Positions 48,416-58,189 of a DNA stretch of 64,000 nucleotides are shown here, piece by piece. This DNA is from Nitrospirota bacterium. Its GTDB lineage: Bacteria > Nitrospirota > UBA9217. Positions within the stretch are counted from its first letter, which is position 1. Each line of letters begins with the position of its first letter. A program made the position numbers and the translations under genes. The notes beneath the pieces were generated by a model that saw only the letters and a list, made by a program, of their open reading frames with translations, was not told the DNA's origin and did no database searches. The stretch lies in contig CAVUCU010000007.1 of NCBI GenBank assembly GCA_963740085.1, forward strand, positions 160,001 through 224,000, given 5' to 3'.

Positions 48416-49306
48416 TCAGCACACCATTTCATTGTATTCCTCGCCGATACGGGTCATCAGCACCTCAAGCTCCATGTCCTTGTCCTCGCCGAGGATGCCG
48501 CAGGCATCGGCCCTGCACTGTTTGCAGTGCGTCATCTGTTTGATGAACGGACGGCATGCCTCGCGCATCCTGGTGATCTCTGCATGGGACGGTCTCTTGA
48601 GGTCCGCAAATTCCGCCTGGGGAATAAGCGGCAGGATGTTCATGATCTCCGCGCCAAGATTGCCGGCCCGCTCTGCGATAAGCGGTATCTCATGGTCGTT
48701 CACGCCGGGGATGAAGACCGTATTGACCTTTACAACGAGCCCTGCATGAACGGCCATTTCAAGGCCCTGCCACTGGTTCCCCAGGAGCAGTTCCGCCGCC
48801 GCCTTGCCTTCGTATCGCTCTCCCTGATAGCTCACCCACCGGTAGACCTTCTCCGCCGTCTCCGGCGTTACCGCGTTGATCGTGACGGTCAGACTGCGCA
48901 CACCCGACGCAATGAGCTGCTCCAGCCTTTCCGGCAGGAGAAGGCCATTCGTGGATACGCAAAGGGTAAGATCGGGGAACTCTGAATGGATCTTCCCCAT
49001 GGTTACATACGTGGCGTCATTCGCAAGAGGATCTCCGGGGCCCGCGATACCGACGACGCTGAGACGGTCGCTCCGCTCGACGAGCACCCTGGTCCGCTCG
49101 ACGGCCTCGTCCGGAGAGAGCACCTTGCTCGTGATGCCGGGCCTTGATTCGTTGGCGCAGTCGTACTTGCGTATGCAGTAGCGACACTGGATATTGCATG
49201 CGGGAGCGACCGATAAATGCGCCCTGCTGAACCTGGTGTGGGCCTCCTCGGTGAAGCAGGGATGCGTTTTGATAAAATCTTTTTTGACTGGACTGGAATT
49301 GTTCAT
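48416..49306 (-). CDS. nifB: NifB radical SAM protein (stand-alone SAM domain, no NifX domain)
   Basis: HPCF, CNIQCRYC, ESRPG, AGPGDPLAN and CKQCRADA. Confidence 0.92.
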   Translation of the reverse strand: MNNSSPVKKDFIKTHPCFTEEAHTRFSRAHLSVAPACNIQCRYCIRKYDCANESRPGITSKVLSPDEAVERTRVLVERSDRLSVVGIAGPGDPLANDATYVTMGKIHSEFPDLTLCVSTNGLLLPERLEQLIASGVRSLTVTINAVTPETAEKVYRWVSYQGERYEGKAAAELLLGNQWQGLEMAVHAGLVVKVNTVFIPGVNDHEIPLIAERAGNLGAEIMNILPLIPQAEFADLKRPSHAEITRMREACRPFIKQMTHCKQCRADACGILGEDKDMELEVLMTRIGEEYNEMVC

Positions 49307-49338
49307 CGTTTCCCCCCCTGAGATCATACCCGTGACAT

Positions 49339-49354
49339 AGCAATATCATTGCCA
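49339..49354 (-). promoter_or_regulatory. sigma54 promoter (nifB operon)
   Basis: TGGCAATGATATTGCT; TGC-N11-GCA at 49419-49435. Confidence 0.8.
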
Positions 49355-49551
49355 GGTATACTGCGCGTTGTTTTTCAAGGAGTTTACGACCGAAAGATAC
49401 CGCTGCAGGAAAAGAAGCTGCGGGGTTTTTAGGCAGTTGACTGTTTTGAAGTCGATTCAGGGTCCCGGTGCCGTTCTAAGAAGGTCATCTGAGGCAGATA
49501 AGACTGGTCGTCTGTCAGGTAACGAGCACGGCGGATGGTGATGTCCATAAT

Positions 49552-49647
49552 CGTCTCTCCCCTTCACCTGTTTCCTCTCCACACACGGGGAGAGGATGTG
49601 TTAAAGACTCCCTCGCCCTTGCGGGGAGAGGGCCGGAGTGGGAGGGA
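49552..49647. repeat. CCCTC..GGGGAGAGG-type double-hairpin repeat
   Basis: CCTCTCCACACACGGGGAGAGG and CCCTCGCCCTTGCGGGGAGAGGG; related to 51446-51527. Confidence 0.55.
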
Positions 49648-49654
49648 CTCGCAA

Positions 49655-49933
49655 TCACAACGACACGTGCACGTGGCATTTCTTGGTGCATGCGCGGGAA
49701 CAGGCCGCACAGCCGATGCAGTTTTCCGGCCGCGCGATGGACATGACCTTATTGCCCATGTCATCGCCGTATTCGTCTTCGCCCTCGAAAGGCTTTTCAA
49801 TGAGCTCCAGCACGTCGAAACCGCAGACCTTGAAGCACCGACCGCAGCCTATGCATTTGTGGATATCGATAGAATCGATGAATTTCGGGGCCCAGGGTTT
49901 GCCGCCCCGGGTCGTTCCGGTAATGGGTGACAT
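49655..49933 (-). CDS. fdxB: nif-specific ferredoxin III, 2[4Fe-4S]
   Basis: TRGGKPWAPKF, CIGCGRCFKVC and CIGCAACSRAC. Confidence 0.9.
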   Translation of the reverse strand: MSPITGTTRGGKPWAPKFIDSIDIHKCIGCGRCFKVCGFDVLELIEKPFEGEDEYGDDMGNKVMSIARPENCIGCAACSRACTKKCHVHVSL

Positions 49934-50020
49934 GGTTCCTCCTTAAATCAGGGTTCAGGGTGAGGGGTTCAGGGATCAGAAAGTTCCTATACCCTGGCTA
50001 CTGGACCCTGCACCCTGCAT

Positions 50021-50437
50021 CTACGCTATCGCTTCGCCGTTCTTCTCTCCGGTCCTGACGCGGACGGCGCCTTCCATGGGCGACACGAAGATCTTTCCGT
50101 CGCCGGCCTTGCCGGTCTGGTTCACCTTGATGATGGACTTGACAACGGTTTTCACTACGTCATCGGGCACCACGATCGTGAGCAGCCGCTTCGGCACAAA
50201 GAGCGCGATCTTCGGCAGCGTATGGTCGAGCGCGTAGGTCGAGGGCGTGGGCTTGAGCTTCACCGCAGTGCAGTAGCTGTCCGGCATCTCGGAATCCATC
50301 TCCGCGCACATGGCGCCCCGCTGCCTGCCCCGGCCGTCGACGCTCTGGATCGTGAGCGAGGGATAGCCGAGGTCGTCGAGTGCTCTTTTCGTTTCATGGA
50401 GCTTGTCCCGGCGGATAATTGCAGTGATCTCTTTCAT
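50021..50437 (-). CDS. nifI2: NifI2 PII-like nitrogenase regulator
   Basis: MKEITAIIR, GRGRQ, a long T-loop, PKRLLTIV and NQTGKAGDGKIF. Confidence 0.85.
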   Translation of the reverse strand: MKEITAIIRRDKLHETKRALDDLGYPSLTIQSVDGRGRQRGAMCAEMDSEMPDSYCTAVKLKPTPSTYALDHTLPKIALFVPKRLLTIVVPDDVVKTVVKSIIKVNQTGKAGDGKIFVSPMEGAVRVRTGEKNGEAIA

Positions 50438-50504
50438 AATGAACCTCCCGATAAAAAGTTAAGCAGACAGGCTGAAGTCATGATGGCGCCGGCAAATAAG
50501 AACC

Positions 50505-50604
50505 TTTGACACGGAAAATTCGGATAAAGGCTATGATTTTCACGGATAAGTCCTTACCTAATCATGCCCCTTCAAAGCCTCTCTCAGTGAAAATCCGTGC
50601 CAAA
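50505..50604. repeat. ~100-bp palindromic element (copy A)
   Basis: TTTGACACGG...CCGTGCCAAA; shares the exact 22-mer GGCTATGATTTTCACGGATAAG with 56607-56706. Confidence 0.75.
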
Positions 50605-50653
50605 TACTTTGACTTTCTCTGTGCTTCAGCGTTTCTGCGGCGAATCTTTTTTA

Positions 50654-50971
50654 TTACAGCGCCGCCTCACCGGTCCTCACCGTGTAGGCATTTTCGACAG
50701 GGCTGACGAATATCTTCCCGTCTCCGATAAACCCGGTCCGCGCCTTGTCCTGGATAACCTTGAGCACCCTGTCCAGATCCTTGTCGTCGATTACGGTCAT
50801 AATGAGCGTTTTCGGCAGCTCGTCGTAATGGACCGGGCCGACCGTCAGTCCTTTTTGTTTCCCTCTCCCGAAAACCGGGACCTTGGTGAGCGAGGGAAAA
50901 CCCGCGCCCTCGAGTGCCAGAACAACTTCCTGTTCTTTTTCCGGCCGAATGAATGCTCTGATCATCTTCAT
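50654..50971 (-). CDS. nifI1: NifI1 PII-like nitrogenase regulator
   Basis: 105 aa; VFGRGKQKG, YDELPK and GDGKIFVSPV. Confidence 0.9.
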   Translation of the reverse strand: MKMIRAFIRPEKEQEVVLALEGAGFPSLTKVPVFGRGKQKGLTVGPVHYDELPKTLIMTVIDDKDLDRVLKVIQDKARTGFIGDGKIFVSPVENAYTVRTGEAAL

Positions 50972-51030
50972 GTATATTTCCTCCTTGGACTATTGAACTA
51001 TACTCCGAACTCCGAACTTTGAACTCTGAA

Positions 51031-51426
51031 CTATGTTTTACTCAGCGCTTTCCTGATCCATGGCGGCGGTGATTTCCTGATGGTCTCCAACAACTGTCCG
51101 AGGGCGTTCTCGATAGTGATGATCTCTTTCATCTTCATCGGCATGATGCCCTTCTTCACGAGCCGGGCAGCAGACGGTCCGCCGATCTCCGTGAGGTAAA
51201 TGAGTTTGCAGTCGGACAAGCGGTCAACCTTGTTTTGGACCGCCTCATCATGCAGCGAACCCATGTCCTTGGTATCTACGACGGCCATATCCATGCCATC
51301 GGCGAACTTGCGCATCTCGACGAACCGATGACCTGTTTCCGCTATGTCATAGATCGCAAACATGCCCGCCCTGCCGAAATGTTCGTCAACCTGTTTTCCG
51401 TCTGTGGTAGCGAATGCGACTTTCAT
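51031..51426 (-). CDS. nifX: NifX FeMo-cofactor carrier
   Basis: MKVAFAT, VDEHFGRA, IGGPSAARLV and PPPWIRKAL. Confidence 0.92.
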   Translation of the reverse strand: MKVAFATTDGKQVDEHFGRAGMFAIYDIAETGHRFVEMRKFADGMDMAVVDTKDMGSLHDEAVQNKVDRLSDCKLIYLTEIGGPSAARLVKKGIMPMKMKEIITIENALGQLLETIRKSPPPWIRKALSKT

Positions 51427-51445
51427 AGTAAATCCGCCTCGAATA

Positions 51446-51527
51446 CCCCTCTCCTCAATCCTGTACCCTCAGGGGCGAGGATGCAATATCACCTTCTCCC
51501 TTGGGGGAGAAGGAAGGGATGAGGGGA
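51446..51527. repeat. CCCTC..GGGGAGA-type double-hairpin repeat
   Basis: CCCCTCTCC...CCTTCTCCCTTGGGGGAGAAGG..GATGAGGGG. Confidence 0.55.
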
Positions 51528-51533
51528 AACGTA

Positions 51534-54170
51534 TTAATGCCTCTTCATCAGCAGATTCGTCATCTCGCTGATCATCGTGAGCGTTCCCCGATAACCCACC
51601 GTGACCTTCGAGGTGAATCCGAAGGTTTTATATACCGGGAACCCCAGCTCATACAGCGGGATATCGAGCTTCTTTGCCATTCTCTCCGCATGAGAATTCG
51701 AAATGATGGCGTCGTACTCGCCCGTTATGGAATACAGATCTCCTATTCGCACTTCCCGGGCACGGATACGGTCGGCAGCGTTCGAAAGCGTGGGGATCAC
51801 CGCCAACTCTACCGCGGCCCCCATTTCATCCAACCACGTTGATGTCTGGACCGCCAGATCCGGTTCGAGTGCAATGCAGATCTTTCTGCCTCCGAAGTAA
51901 AAGTGCGCATCCCTCATGACATCGACCAGGACCTTTCGCTGCCGCTCATATTTGGCGGACAACGGTCTTCCGCTCAACTCGGTGAGCCATTTCATCAGAA
52001 GATCGGAATCAGCAAGCCCGGCCGTGCTGTCGAACATCCGGTATCCGATGCCGAACTTTTGCTGCAGCAGCTTCGCCGCCGGTTCCATGCTCATGCCCAA
52101 CCCGAGCGTGAACGAGGCATTGGCCATGGCTGTTATTTCCGCCGTGCCCGTCCCCCCTTGCGCAAGGGGAGAAAAATCCTGTCTGCTGCCGTCCAGGCAA
52201 GAGAGGTCCGGGAGAATGATCGCTCTCATGCCAAAGTCTTCGACGATCTCCCTGATCTCGCTGGAATCCGCCGGAGTGAGGTGCGATCCTGCGATGATGT
52301 TGATCGTTCTTGACTCCGAACTCCGGACTTTCGGCTCGATACTCTGTATTACCGCTTCCACCGCTCTAGCGTACCCGGTCTCCAACCCTCCGTCAAAGTC
52401 AGGAGTCGGAATATGGATGATCCTGGTCTTTCCCGCTTTACTCCTGACTACTGTCTCCTGTCTTCTGACCACTGATTCGACATCATCCCCCTTCACCTCC
52501 GAAAGACCCGAGGACAGGACCCCGATAAGAGCGGGGTCGTTCTTCTCGATGAACCCGTCAATGGCCTGCGTCAGCTTCTCCTCGCTCCCCATGACCACGT
52601 CTTCCACAAAGAGCTTGCTTGTCGCAAGAGCGATAGGTTCACGAAAATGCCTGGTCAAGAGCACCTTGCCGAGGAACGTGCAGCCCTGGGCTCCATGGAT
52701 GATCGGCAGCGCACGGTCTATGCCTTGAAGCGCGATCGCCGCGCCGATCGACGGAGAGTGTTTTAATGGATCTATCAGAATTGCGGATTTCGGGTTTACG
52801 ATCTCGGGTTGATGATAGTGCGTCTTTATTTTCTTACTGTCCCCGTTCTGTATCCCGCGGTTGCTCCTCTCATAGAAGCAGATACTGTTGCTGATCTTCT
52901 CCGCCAGGTTCACGAGCCCCAGATATCCCGCATAAGGGGTATGGCGCTCCTGGTTGACGTCCACAAAGGGATAGCCTTCCTTGATCGCCAGGTACTGGTT
53001 CCGTCCGCCCGCAATGAGGATATCGGCGTTCCGCTCCTTTAAGAGCCGCAGCAGGTTCTTCGGCGTCACATCCTCCACGAGCGGCGCATCGGGGCCCAGT
53101 ATCTCTTTCATCTTTTCTTCATCTTCGCGTGTGCTCTTTTTCGTACCGACGGCAACGATCTCAATACCCAGGTCGCGGAGCGCGGAGATGAAGGACCAGC
53201 TCTTGACGCCGCCCGTATACAGCACTGCCTTCTTGCCGCGCAGATGGTGATAGGATTTAAGCTGTTGCCTGAGCCTTTTTTCCTCGACCTTGATGAGGTC
53301 TTCAACCGCTGAGGTCAGGCTCGGTTCATCACGTCCGACCTTGCTTTGAAGTGTGAACGCTATCTTCCTCAAGGCCTTTGCGATCTCCGTGCTTCCGAAA
53401 AAAGACACCTCCACAAAGGGGATGTCGTATTTCCGCTCCATTTCCCTGGCTACGTTGATAAGCGCGCGGCTGCAGACGACCACATTCAGCTTGGCCTGGT
53501 GCGCCCACGTGATCTCTTCGAACGTCGAATCGCCGGTGATCCTCGACAGTATTCGTATCCCGGCCCTGGCGAGAAGCGGCTCTACAAGCCAGAGGTCGCC
53601 CGCGATATTATATTCGCCGATCAGGTTGATGTCGGTATGGGTCAGAACCGGCGTTTCGCCGGTACCGATCACGTGTTCGAGCAATACTTCCCCGGCGATC
53701 CGGTTCCCCAGGTTCTTCGGCCCGACGAACCCCGGCGCGTTCACGGGAATGACCGGAATATCGAGCTCGTTCCCGGCACGTTTGCAGATCGCATCGAGGT
53801 CCTCACCCGTGAGCCCGCTTACGCAGGTGGAGTACACGAAGATCGCCTTGGGCCTGACTGCCTCGAATGTCCTCCTTATGGCGTTCAGCAGCTTCTCTTC
53901 CGAACCATAGACAATGTCGATCTCGCCCATGTCGGTCGTAAAGCCCATGGTATGCAACTCGCCTTTTGACGACTGCGTTCCCCGGCCTTCCCAGGTATTT
54001 CCGCAGCAGGCGATCGGTCCGTGCACAAGATGCGCAGTATCGGCAATGGGCTGCAACACGATCTGGGCCCCGTCGAACGCGCAGGACTCGCCGCCCCGGG
54101 AACGACATACTTTTGTCTTGTCGTCCGTTGAGCATCCGTCCTGTGTTAATCTGTCGATCGCGCTGACCAT
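51534..54170 (-). CDS. nifEN: Fused NifE-NifN scaffold
   Basis: NifE motifs CAFDGA, HGPIAC and YTGGVKSWS; NifN motifs DPLKHSPSIGA, HGAQGC and HFREPI, all in one ORF. Confidence 0.93.
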   Translation of the reverse strand: MVSAIDRLTQDGCSTDDKTKVCRSRGGESCAFDGAQIVLQPIADTAHLVHGPIACCGNTWEGRGTQSSKGELHTMGFTTDMGEIDIVYGSEEKLLNAIRRTFEAVRPKAIFVYSTCVSGLTGEDLDAICKRAGNELDIPVIPVNAPGFVGPKNLGNRIAGEVLLEHVIGTGETPVLTHTDINLIGEYNIAGDLWLVEPLLARAGIRILSRITGDSTFEEITWAHQAKLNVVVCSRALINVAREMERKYDIPFVEVSFFGSTEIAKALRKIAFTLQSKVGRDEPSLTSAVEDLIKVEEKRLRQQLKSYHHLRGKKAVLYTGGVKSWSFISALRDLGIEIVAVGTKKSTREDEEKMKEILGPDAPLVEDVTPKNLLRLLKERNADILIAGGRNQYLAIKEGYPFVDVNQERHTPYAGYLGLVNLAEKISNSICFYERSNRGIQNGDSKKIKTHYHQPEIVNPKSAILIDPLKHSPSIGAAIALQGIDRALPIIHGAQGCTFLGKVLLTRHFREPIALATSKLFVEDVVMGSEEKLTQAIDGFIEKNDPALIGVLSSGLSEVKGDDVESVVRRQETVVRSKAGKTRIIHIPTPDFDGGLETGYARAVEAVIQSIEPKVRSSESRTINIIAGSHLTPADSSEIREIVEDFGMRAIILPDLSCLDGSRQDFSPLAQGGTGTAEITAMANASFTLGLGMSMEPAAKLLQQKFGIGYRMFDSTAGLADSDLLMKWLTELSGRPLSAKYERQRKVLVDVMRDAHFYFGGRKICIALEPDLAVQTSTWLDEMGAAVELAVIPTLSNAADRIRAREVRIGDLYSITGEYDAIISNSHAERMAKKLDIPLYELGFPVYKTFGFTSKVTVGYRGTLTMISEMTNLLMKRH

Positions 54171-54210
54171 AGATTCTCCGCTTCTCTTTTTGATGCCCAG
54201 GTCTCTCTAC

Positions 54211-54951
54211 TCAGATGAGAGCCAGTTTCATCCCGGCCATCGCAAGCATGACGCCGAGCAATATTCTCAGGACCGGGCTGTTGAACTTCGTTGCCCCCAG
54301 TGTCGAGCCGATGAATCCGCCGGAAACCACGGCAACCGACCAGAAGGCAATGTGATCCGGGAATACCCCGCCTTTTTGAAGATACCCGGTCAACCCGGAT
54401 ATGGAGTTCAGGAGAATGAAAGCAGCGGACACGGCGGCCGTTCTCCGGAGTTCCGCCCAATGGAGAATGATCAGGACCGGGCTCAGGAAAATACCGCCGC
54501 CAACCCCCGTCAGACCGGATAAAAATCCAATGCCTCCTCCCACCGCAAGTGATGCTCCGATACCCGGGTATCCGGCCCGTTCGGGGTCATCGGTTGCAAC
54601 CTTGCTCCGGATCAGGAGATGTCCCGCAGCAAACACCAGCGCAATTCCCACGAGTATTTTATATCTCGTCGCATCCACGGACATCCCTCCGCCGAGGTAT
54701 GCCATGGGAACTGCTGCAACAGCAAAGGGCCAGAATAGGCGCCATGAAAAATGTCCTGCCTGATAAAAACGGATGGTCGTGACCAGGGCCACAATAATGT
54801 TCAAGGCAAGGGCCGTCGGCTTCATCACGGCCGGCGGAAACGAAAGAAGCGCCATGGTTGCAAGGTACCCCGAAGCTCCCGCGTGCCCGACCGTAGAATA
54901 CAGAAGAGCGATAACGAAAAAATATATGCCGGTTATTGCGATGTCATGCAT
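54211..54951 (-). CDS. TauE/SafE (TSUP) family membrane transporter
   Basis: YSTVGHAGASGY, GFLSGLTGVGGGIFLSP and AAVSAAFILLNS. Confidence 0.85.
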   Translation of the reverse strand: MHDIAITGIYFFVIALLYSTVGHAGASGYLATMALLSFPPAVMKPTALALNIIVALVTTIRFYQAGHFSWRLFWPFAVAAVPMAYLGGGMSVDATRYKILVGIALVFAAGHLLIRSKVATDDPERAGYPGIGASLAVGGGIGFLSGLTGVGGGIFLSPVLIILHWAELRRTAAVSAAFILLNSISGLTGYLQKGGVFPDHIAFWSVAVVSGGFIGSTLGATKFNSPVLRILLGVMLAMAGMKLALI

Positions 54952-54967
54952 GGGATCAAATCCTTTT

Positions 54968-55040
54968 ACCACAGAGACACAGAGAGAAGCACAAATCACG
55001 TTTCTTGCGTTCTCCTTCGTGTCTCAGTGTCTCCGTGGTG
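54968..55040. repeat. Intergenic palindromic element
   Basis: ACCACAGAGACACAGAG...CTCAGTGTCTCCGTGGT; the right arm matches 28824-28841 exactly (18 nt, reverse complement). Confidence 0.7.
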
Positions 55041-55058
55041 AAATATATTTTGCCTTTA

Positions 55059-56564
55059 TCAACGGATCACATCAAAGCTCGCCGAACCCTCGGTCTTCCT
55101 GTCCAACTCGTCCAGCACCGTGTTCACCAGCATGGTCAGGAGGTTCAATGCGCCCTGGTATCCGATGATCGGCTGGCGGTGCAGATGGTGCCGGTCGAAT
55201 ATCGGGAACCCGATGCGGACCAGTGGCGTTCCCGTGTCCTGCGTCAGGAACTTGGAATACGAGTTGCCGATCAGGACATCCACAGGGTCGGTGAACAACA
55301 GCGAGCGAAGGTGCCACATGTCCTTGCCCGCGTAGACCGTTCCGTGAGCGCCAAAGGGAGAGGAGGCGAGCAGTTCGTTCGCCTCGGCCTCGAAGTTCTT
55401 ATCCCCATTGGTGCAGATAATGTGCACCGGTTCTCCGCCCATCTCCATGATGAGGCTCATCATGCCGAGCAGGATGTCCGGGTCGCCTACAAGCGCGAAG
55501 CGCTTGCCGTGAATGTACGGGTGGGAGTCGACCATAGCGTCGACGACCCTTCCGCGCTCGGCCTCCACCGCCGCCGGGACCGGCTTGCCGGTAAGCCTGG
55601 AGAGCTCGGCAAAGAACGCATCGGTATTCTTGATGCCGATCGGCGAAAGCGTGAGCGTCTTCTGCCCCCACTCCTTCTGGATATAATCCATGGTCTTCAT
55701 GGTCGAATACTTCTGGAGCGCGACCGTTCCAAGCGCATTCACCGCATCCATGGCTTCCGGGAGCGGCGTGCCGCCGGGATAGAGCTTGTACTCGCCCGTG
55801 TTCGGGGAATCAAACGTGTCGCTCACATCGGCAAGGAGCGTAAACTCGATGCCCATCAGGGCCATCAGCCGCTTGATCTCGTGATAGTTTCCGGTATAGG
55901 TATCGAAGCCCGGAATAATGTTGATCTTCCCGTTCGATGCGCCCTTCTTGCCCGTGGAGAGCATGCTCAGGATGCCCTTCAGCATATTGTCGTAGCCGAC
56001 GATGTGGGAACCAACGAAACTCGGCGTGTGCGCGAACGGCACCGGCAGGTCCTGGGGGATCACACCCTTCTCGCGGGCGGTCCTGATATATGCGTTCAGG
56101 TCATCGCCGATCACCTCAGCCATGCAGGTCGTCGAGACCGCGATCATCCTGGGTTTGTAGAGGGTATAGGCGTTCTCAAGGCCTTCAAGCATGTTGTTCA
56201 GACCGCCGAACACCGCCGCATCCTCGGTCATGGACGTAGAGATCGCGGCAAAGGGCTCCTTGAAGTGCCGGGCGAGGTGGCTCCGGAAATAGGCCACGCA
56301 TCCCTGGGCGCCCTGCACGAACGGCATGGAACCTTCGAATCCCGAGGCGCAGAAGACGGCACCGAGCGGCTGACAGGCTTTCGCCGGATTGATCTTGATG
56401 TTCTGGCGCTTGAAATTGAGTTCCTTGTACTCCTCGGTCTTGGTCCATTCGGAGATCTCTTTCACCTTTTCCGCGGGCCAGCAGTTCTCGAACTCCTTCT
56501 TGCGTGCAAACTGCTCCTGGTAGTCCTTCTGTTTGAATAGCTCGCTATGGTCTTTGACTTTCAT
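55059..56564 (-). CDS. nifK: Mo-nitrogenase beta chain (group I type with N-terminal extension)
   Basis: NPAKACQPLGA, QGAQGCVAYFRSH, TTCMAEVIGDD and GFPIFDRHH. Confidence 0.97.
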   Translation of the reverse strand: MKVKDHSELFKQKDYQEQFARKKEFENCWPAEKVKEISEWTKTEEYKELNFKRQNIKINPAKACQPLGAVFCASGFEGSMPFVQGAQGCVAYFRSHLARHFKEPFAAISTSMTEDAAVFGGLNNMLEGLENAYTLYKPRMIAVSTTCMAEVIGDDLNAYIRTAREKGVIPQDLPVPFAHTPSFVGSHIVGYDNMLKGILSMLSTGKKGASNGKINIIPGFDTYTGNYHEIKRLMALMGIEFTLLADVSDTFDSPNTGEYKLYPGGTPLPEAMDAVNALGTVALQKYSTMKTMDYIQKEWGQKTLTLSPIGIKNTDAFFAELSRLTGKPVPAAVEAERGRVVDAMVDSHPYIHGKRFALVGDPDILLGMMSLIMEMGGEPVHIICTNGDKNFEAEANELLASSPFGAHGTVYAGKDMWHLRSLLFTDPVDVLIGNSYSKFLTQDTGTPLVRIGFPIFDRHHLHRQPIIGYQGALNLLTMLVNTVLDELDRKTEGSASFDVIR

Positions 56565-56606
56565 GATAATACCCCCAAACTTTATTAACTCCTGATGAAT
56601 CAAAAC

Positions 56607-56706
56607 TTGACACGCAAGAGGCGGATGAACGGCTATGATTTTCACGGATAAGACCTTTTCTTATCATGCTCCTTCATATCTCTTCTCAGTGTAAATCCGT
56701 GTCAAA
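56607..56706. repeat. ~100-bp palindromic element (copy B)
   Basis: TTGACACG...CGTGTCAA; homologous to 50505-50604. Confidence 0.75.
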
Positions 56707-56715
56707 GAATTTTCG

Positions 56716-58189
56716 TTACTTTTTTCTCCTGATCAAACTCCACGTCGGGCTGTTTACGGTCATGTCCATGTCCCGCGCGAAGACCGGGAACCCGTCGAAC
56801 CCGTGGTACGGACCCGAGTAGTCCCAGGAGTGCATCTGGCGGAAGGGCACGCCGAGCTTATGATACGAGTACTTCTCCTTGATACCCGAACCGACCATGT
56901 CCGGCTTTAGCCTTCTGGTGAATTCTTCCAGTTCGTACAAGGTCGCGTCATCCATGATCACCGCGCCTTCCTTCATTTCCGGGTACGTTCGTTTATAATC
57001 GTCGCTGTGACCGAACTCGTAGCCCGAGGCGACCACTTCCATGCCGAGGTCTTCGTAGGCGCCGATGGTGTGGCGCGGACGGAGACCGCCGACGTAGAGC
57101 ATCACCTTCTTGCCTTCAAGCTTCGGCCGGTACTGCTCCACCACCTTGTCCATGAGCGGTTTATACTTTGCGATCACGGCCTCGGCGTTCTTCTGGATCT
57201 TCTCGTCGAACTTCGCTGCTATTTTTCTTATGCTTTCGTAGGTCTTCGTGGGGCCGAAAAAGTTGAACTCCATCCACGGAATACCGTAGGTCTCCTCCAT
57301 GTGCCGGCAGATATAGTTCATCGACCGGTAGCAGTGGATCAGGTTCAGTTTGGCCTTGGTCGCGATGCCGAGCTCGTTGATCGTCGAATCGCCGGTGTAC
57401 TGTGCGATGACCCGGAGGCCCATCTCTTCCAGAATTTTCCGCGAGGCCCAGGCATCCCCGCCGATATTGTAGTCTCCGATCAGGTTCACATCATAGCGGG
57501 GTCGTCTTTTCCAGAGTACCCTTGCCGAGCGCGTAATCTCTGATCGTATCGTTCGCGATATGGTGGCCCAGGGACTGGGAGACCCCGCGGAACCCCTCGC
57601 ACCGTACCGGAACAATAGGGATGGCCATCTCTTTCGCAACCCGCTTCGAGACCGCTTCGATGTCGTCGCCGATAAGACCCACAGGACACTCAGAGAGTAT
57701 GCCTATGCCGCGTCCGAGGGGAAAGAGTCCTTTTAATTCTTTCAGGGCCAGATCAAGGCCTTTGTCACCGCCGTACACGATGTCTTTTTCCTGGAAATCG
57801 GTCGTGATATGCATGGTGCCGAAGGCGTCGATGCCGGTCTGACCGTTATAATAATTCCGGCGCGACCACCAGGAGTACTGCCCGCAACCGACAGGACCGT
57901 GGCTGACGGTGATCTGGTCCTTCACCGGACCCCACACCACGCCCTTGGCGCCCGCGTACGCGCAACCGCGCACGGTCATGACGCCGGGCCGGGACTTGAC
58001 GTTCGACTTGACCTGGCAGGAGCTGCACTGGCCCGTGGGGTCGTTGGCGGCCAGATGTTTCGCCCGCACCTTCTTCGACTTTTCCGGGTACGCATCCAGG
58101 ATCTCTTCGATCATTTTCTGGGTATCTTTGATCTTCCCGCTCACGGGTTTCGCATCTTTGATTTCTTTGTCTTTCACTTCAGTGCTCAT
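56716..58189 (-). CDS. nifD: Mo-nitrogenase alpha chain, split by one +1 frameshift at ~57497
   Basis: [35 protein letters not shown] and MHSWDY. Deleting one base in ACC-CCG-C-TAT restores [13 protein letters not shown]. Confidence 0.93.

Noticed and set aside
57486-57510. Programmed frameshift or nifD excision element
   Set aside because: There is no slippery heptamer, inserted element or recombinase; one extra base explains the break.
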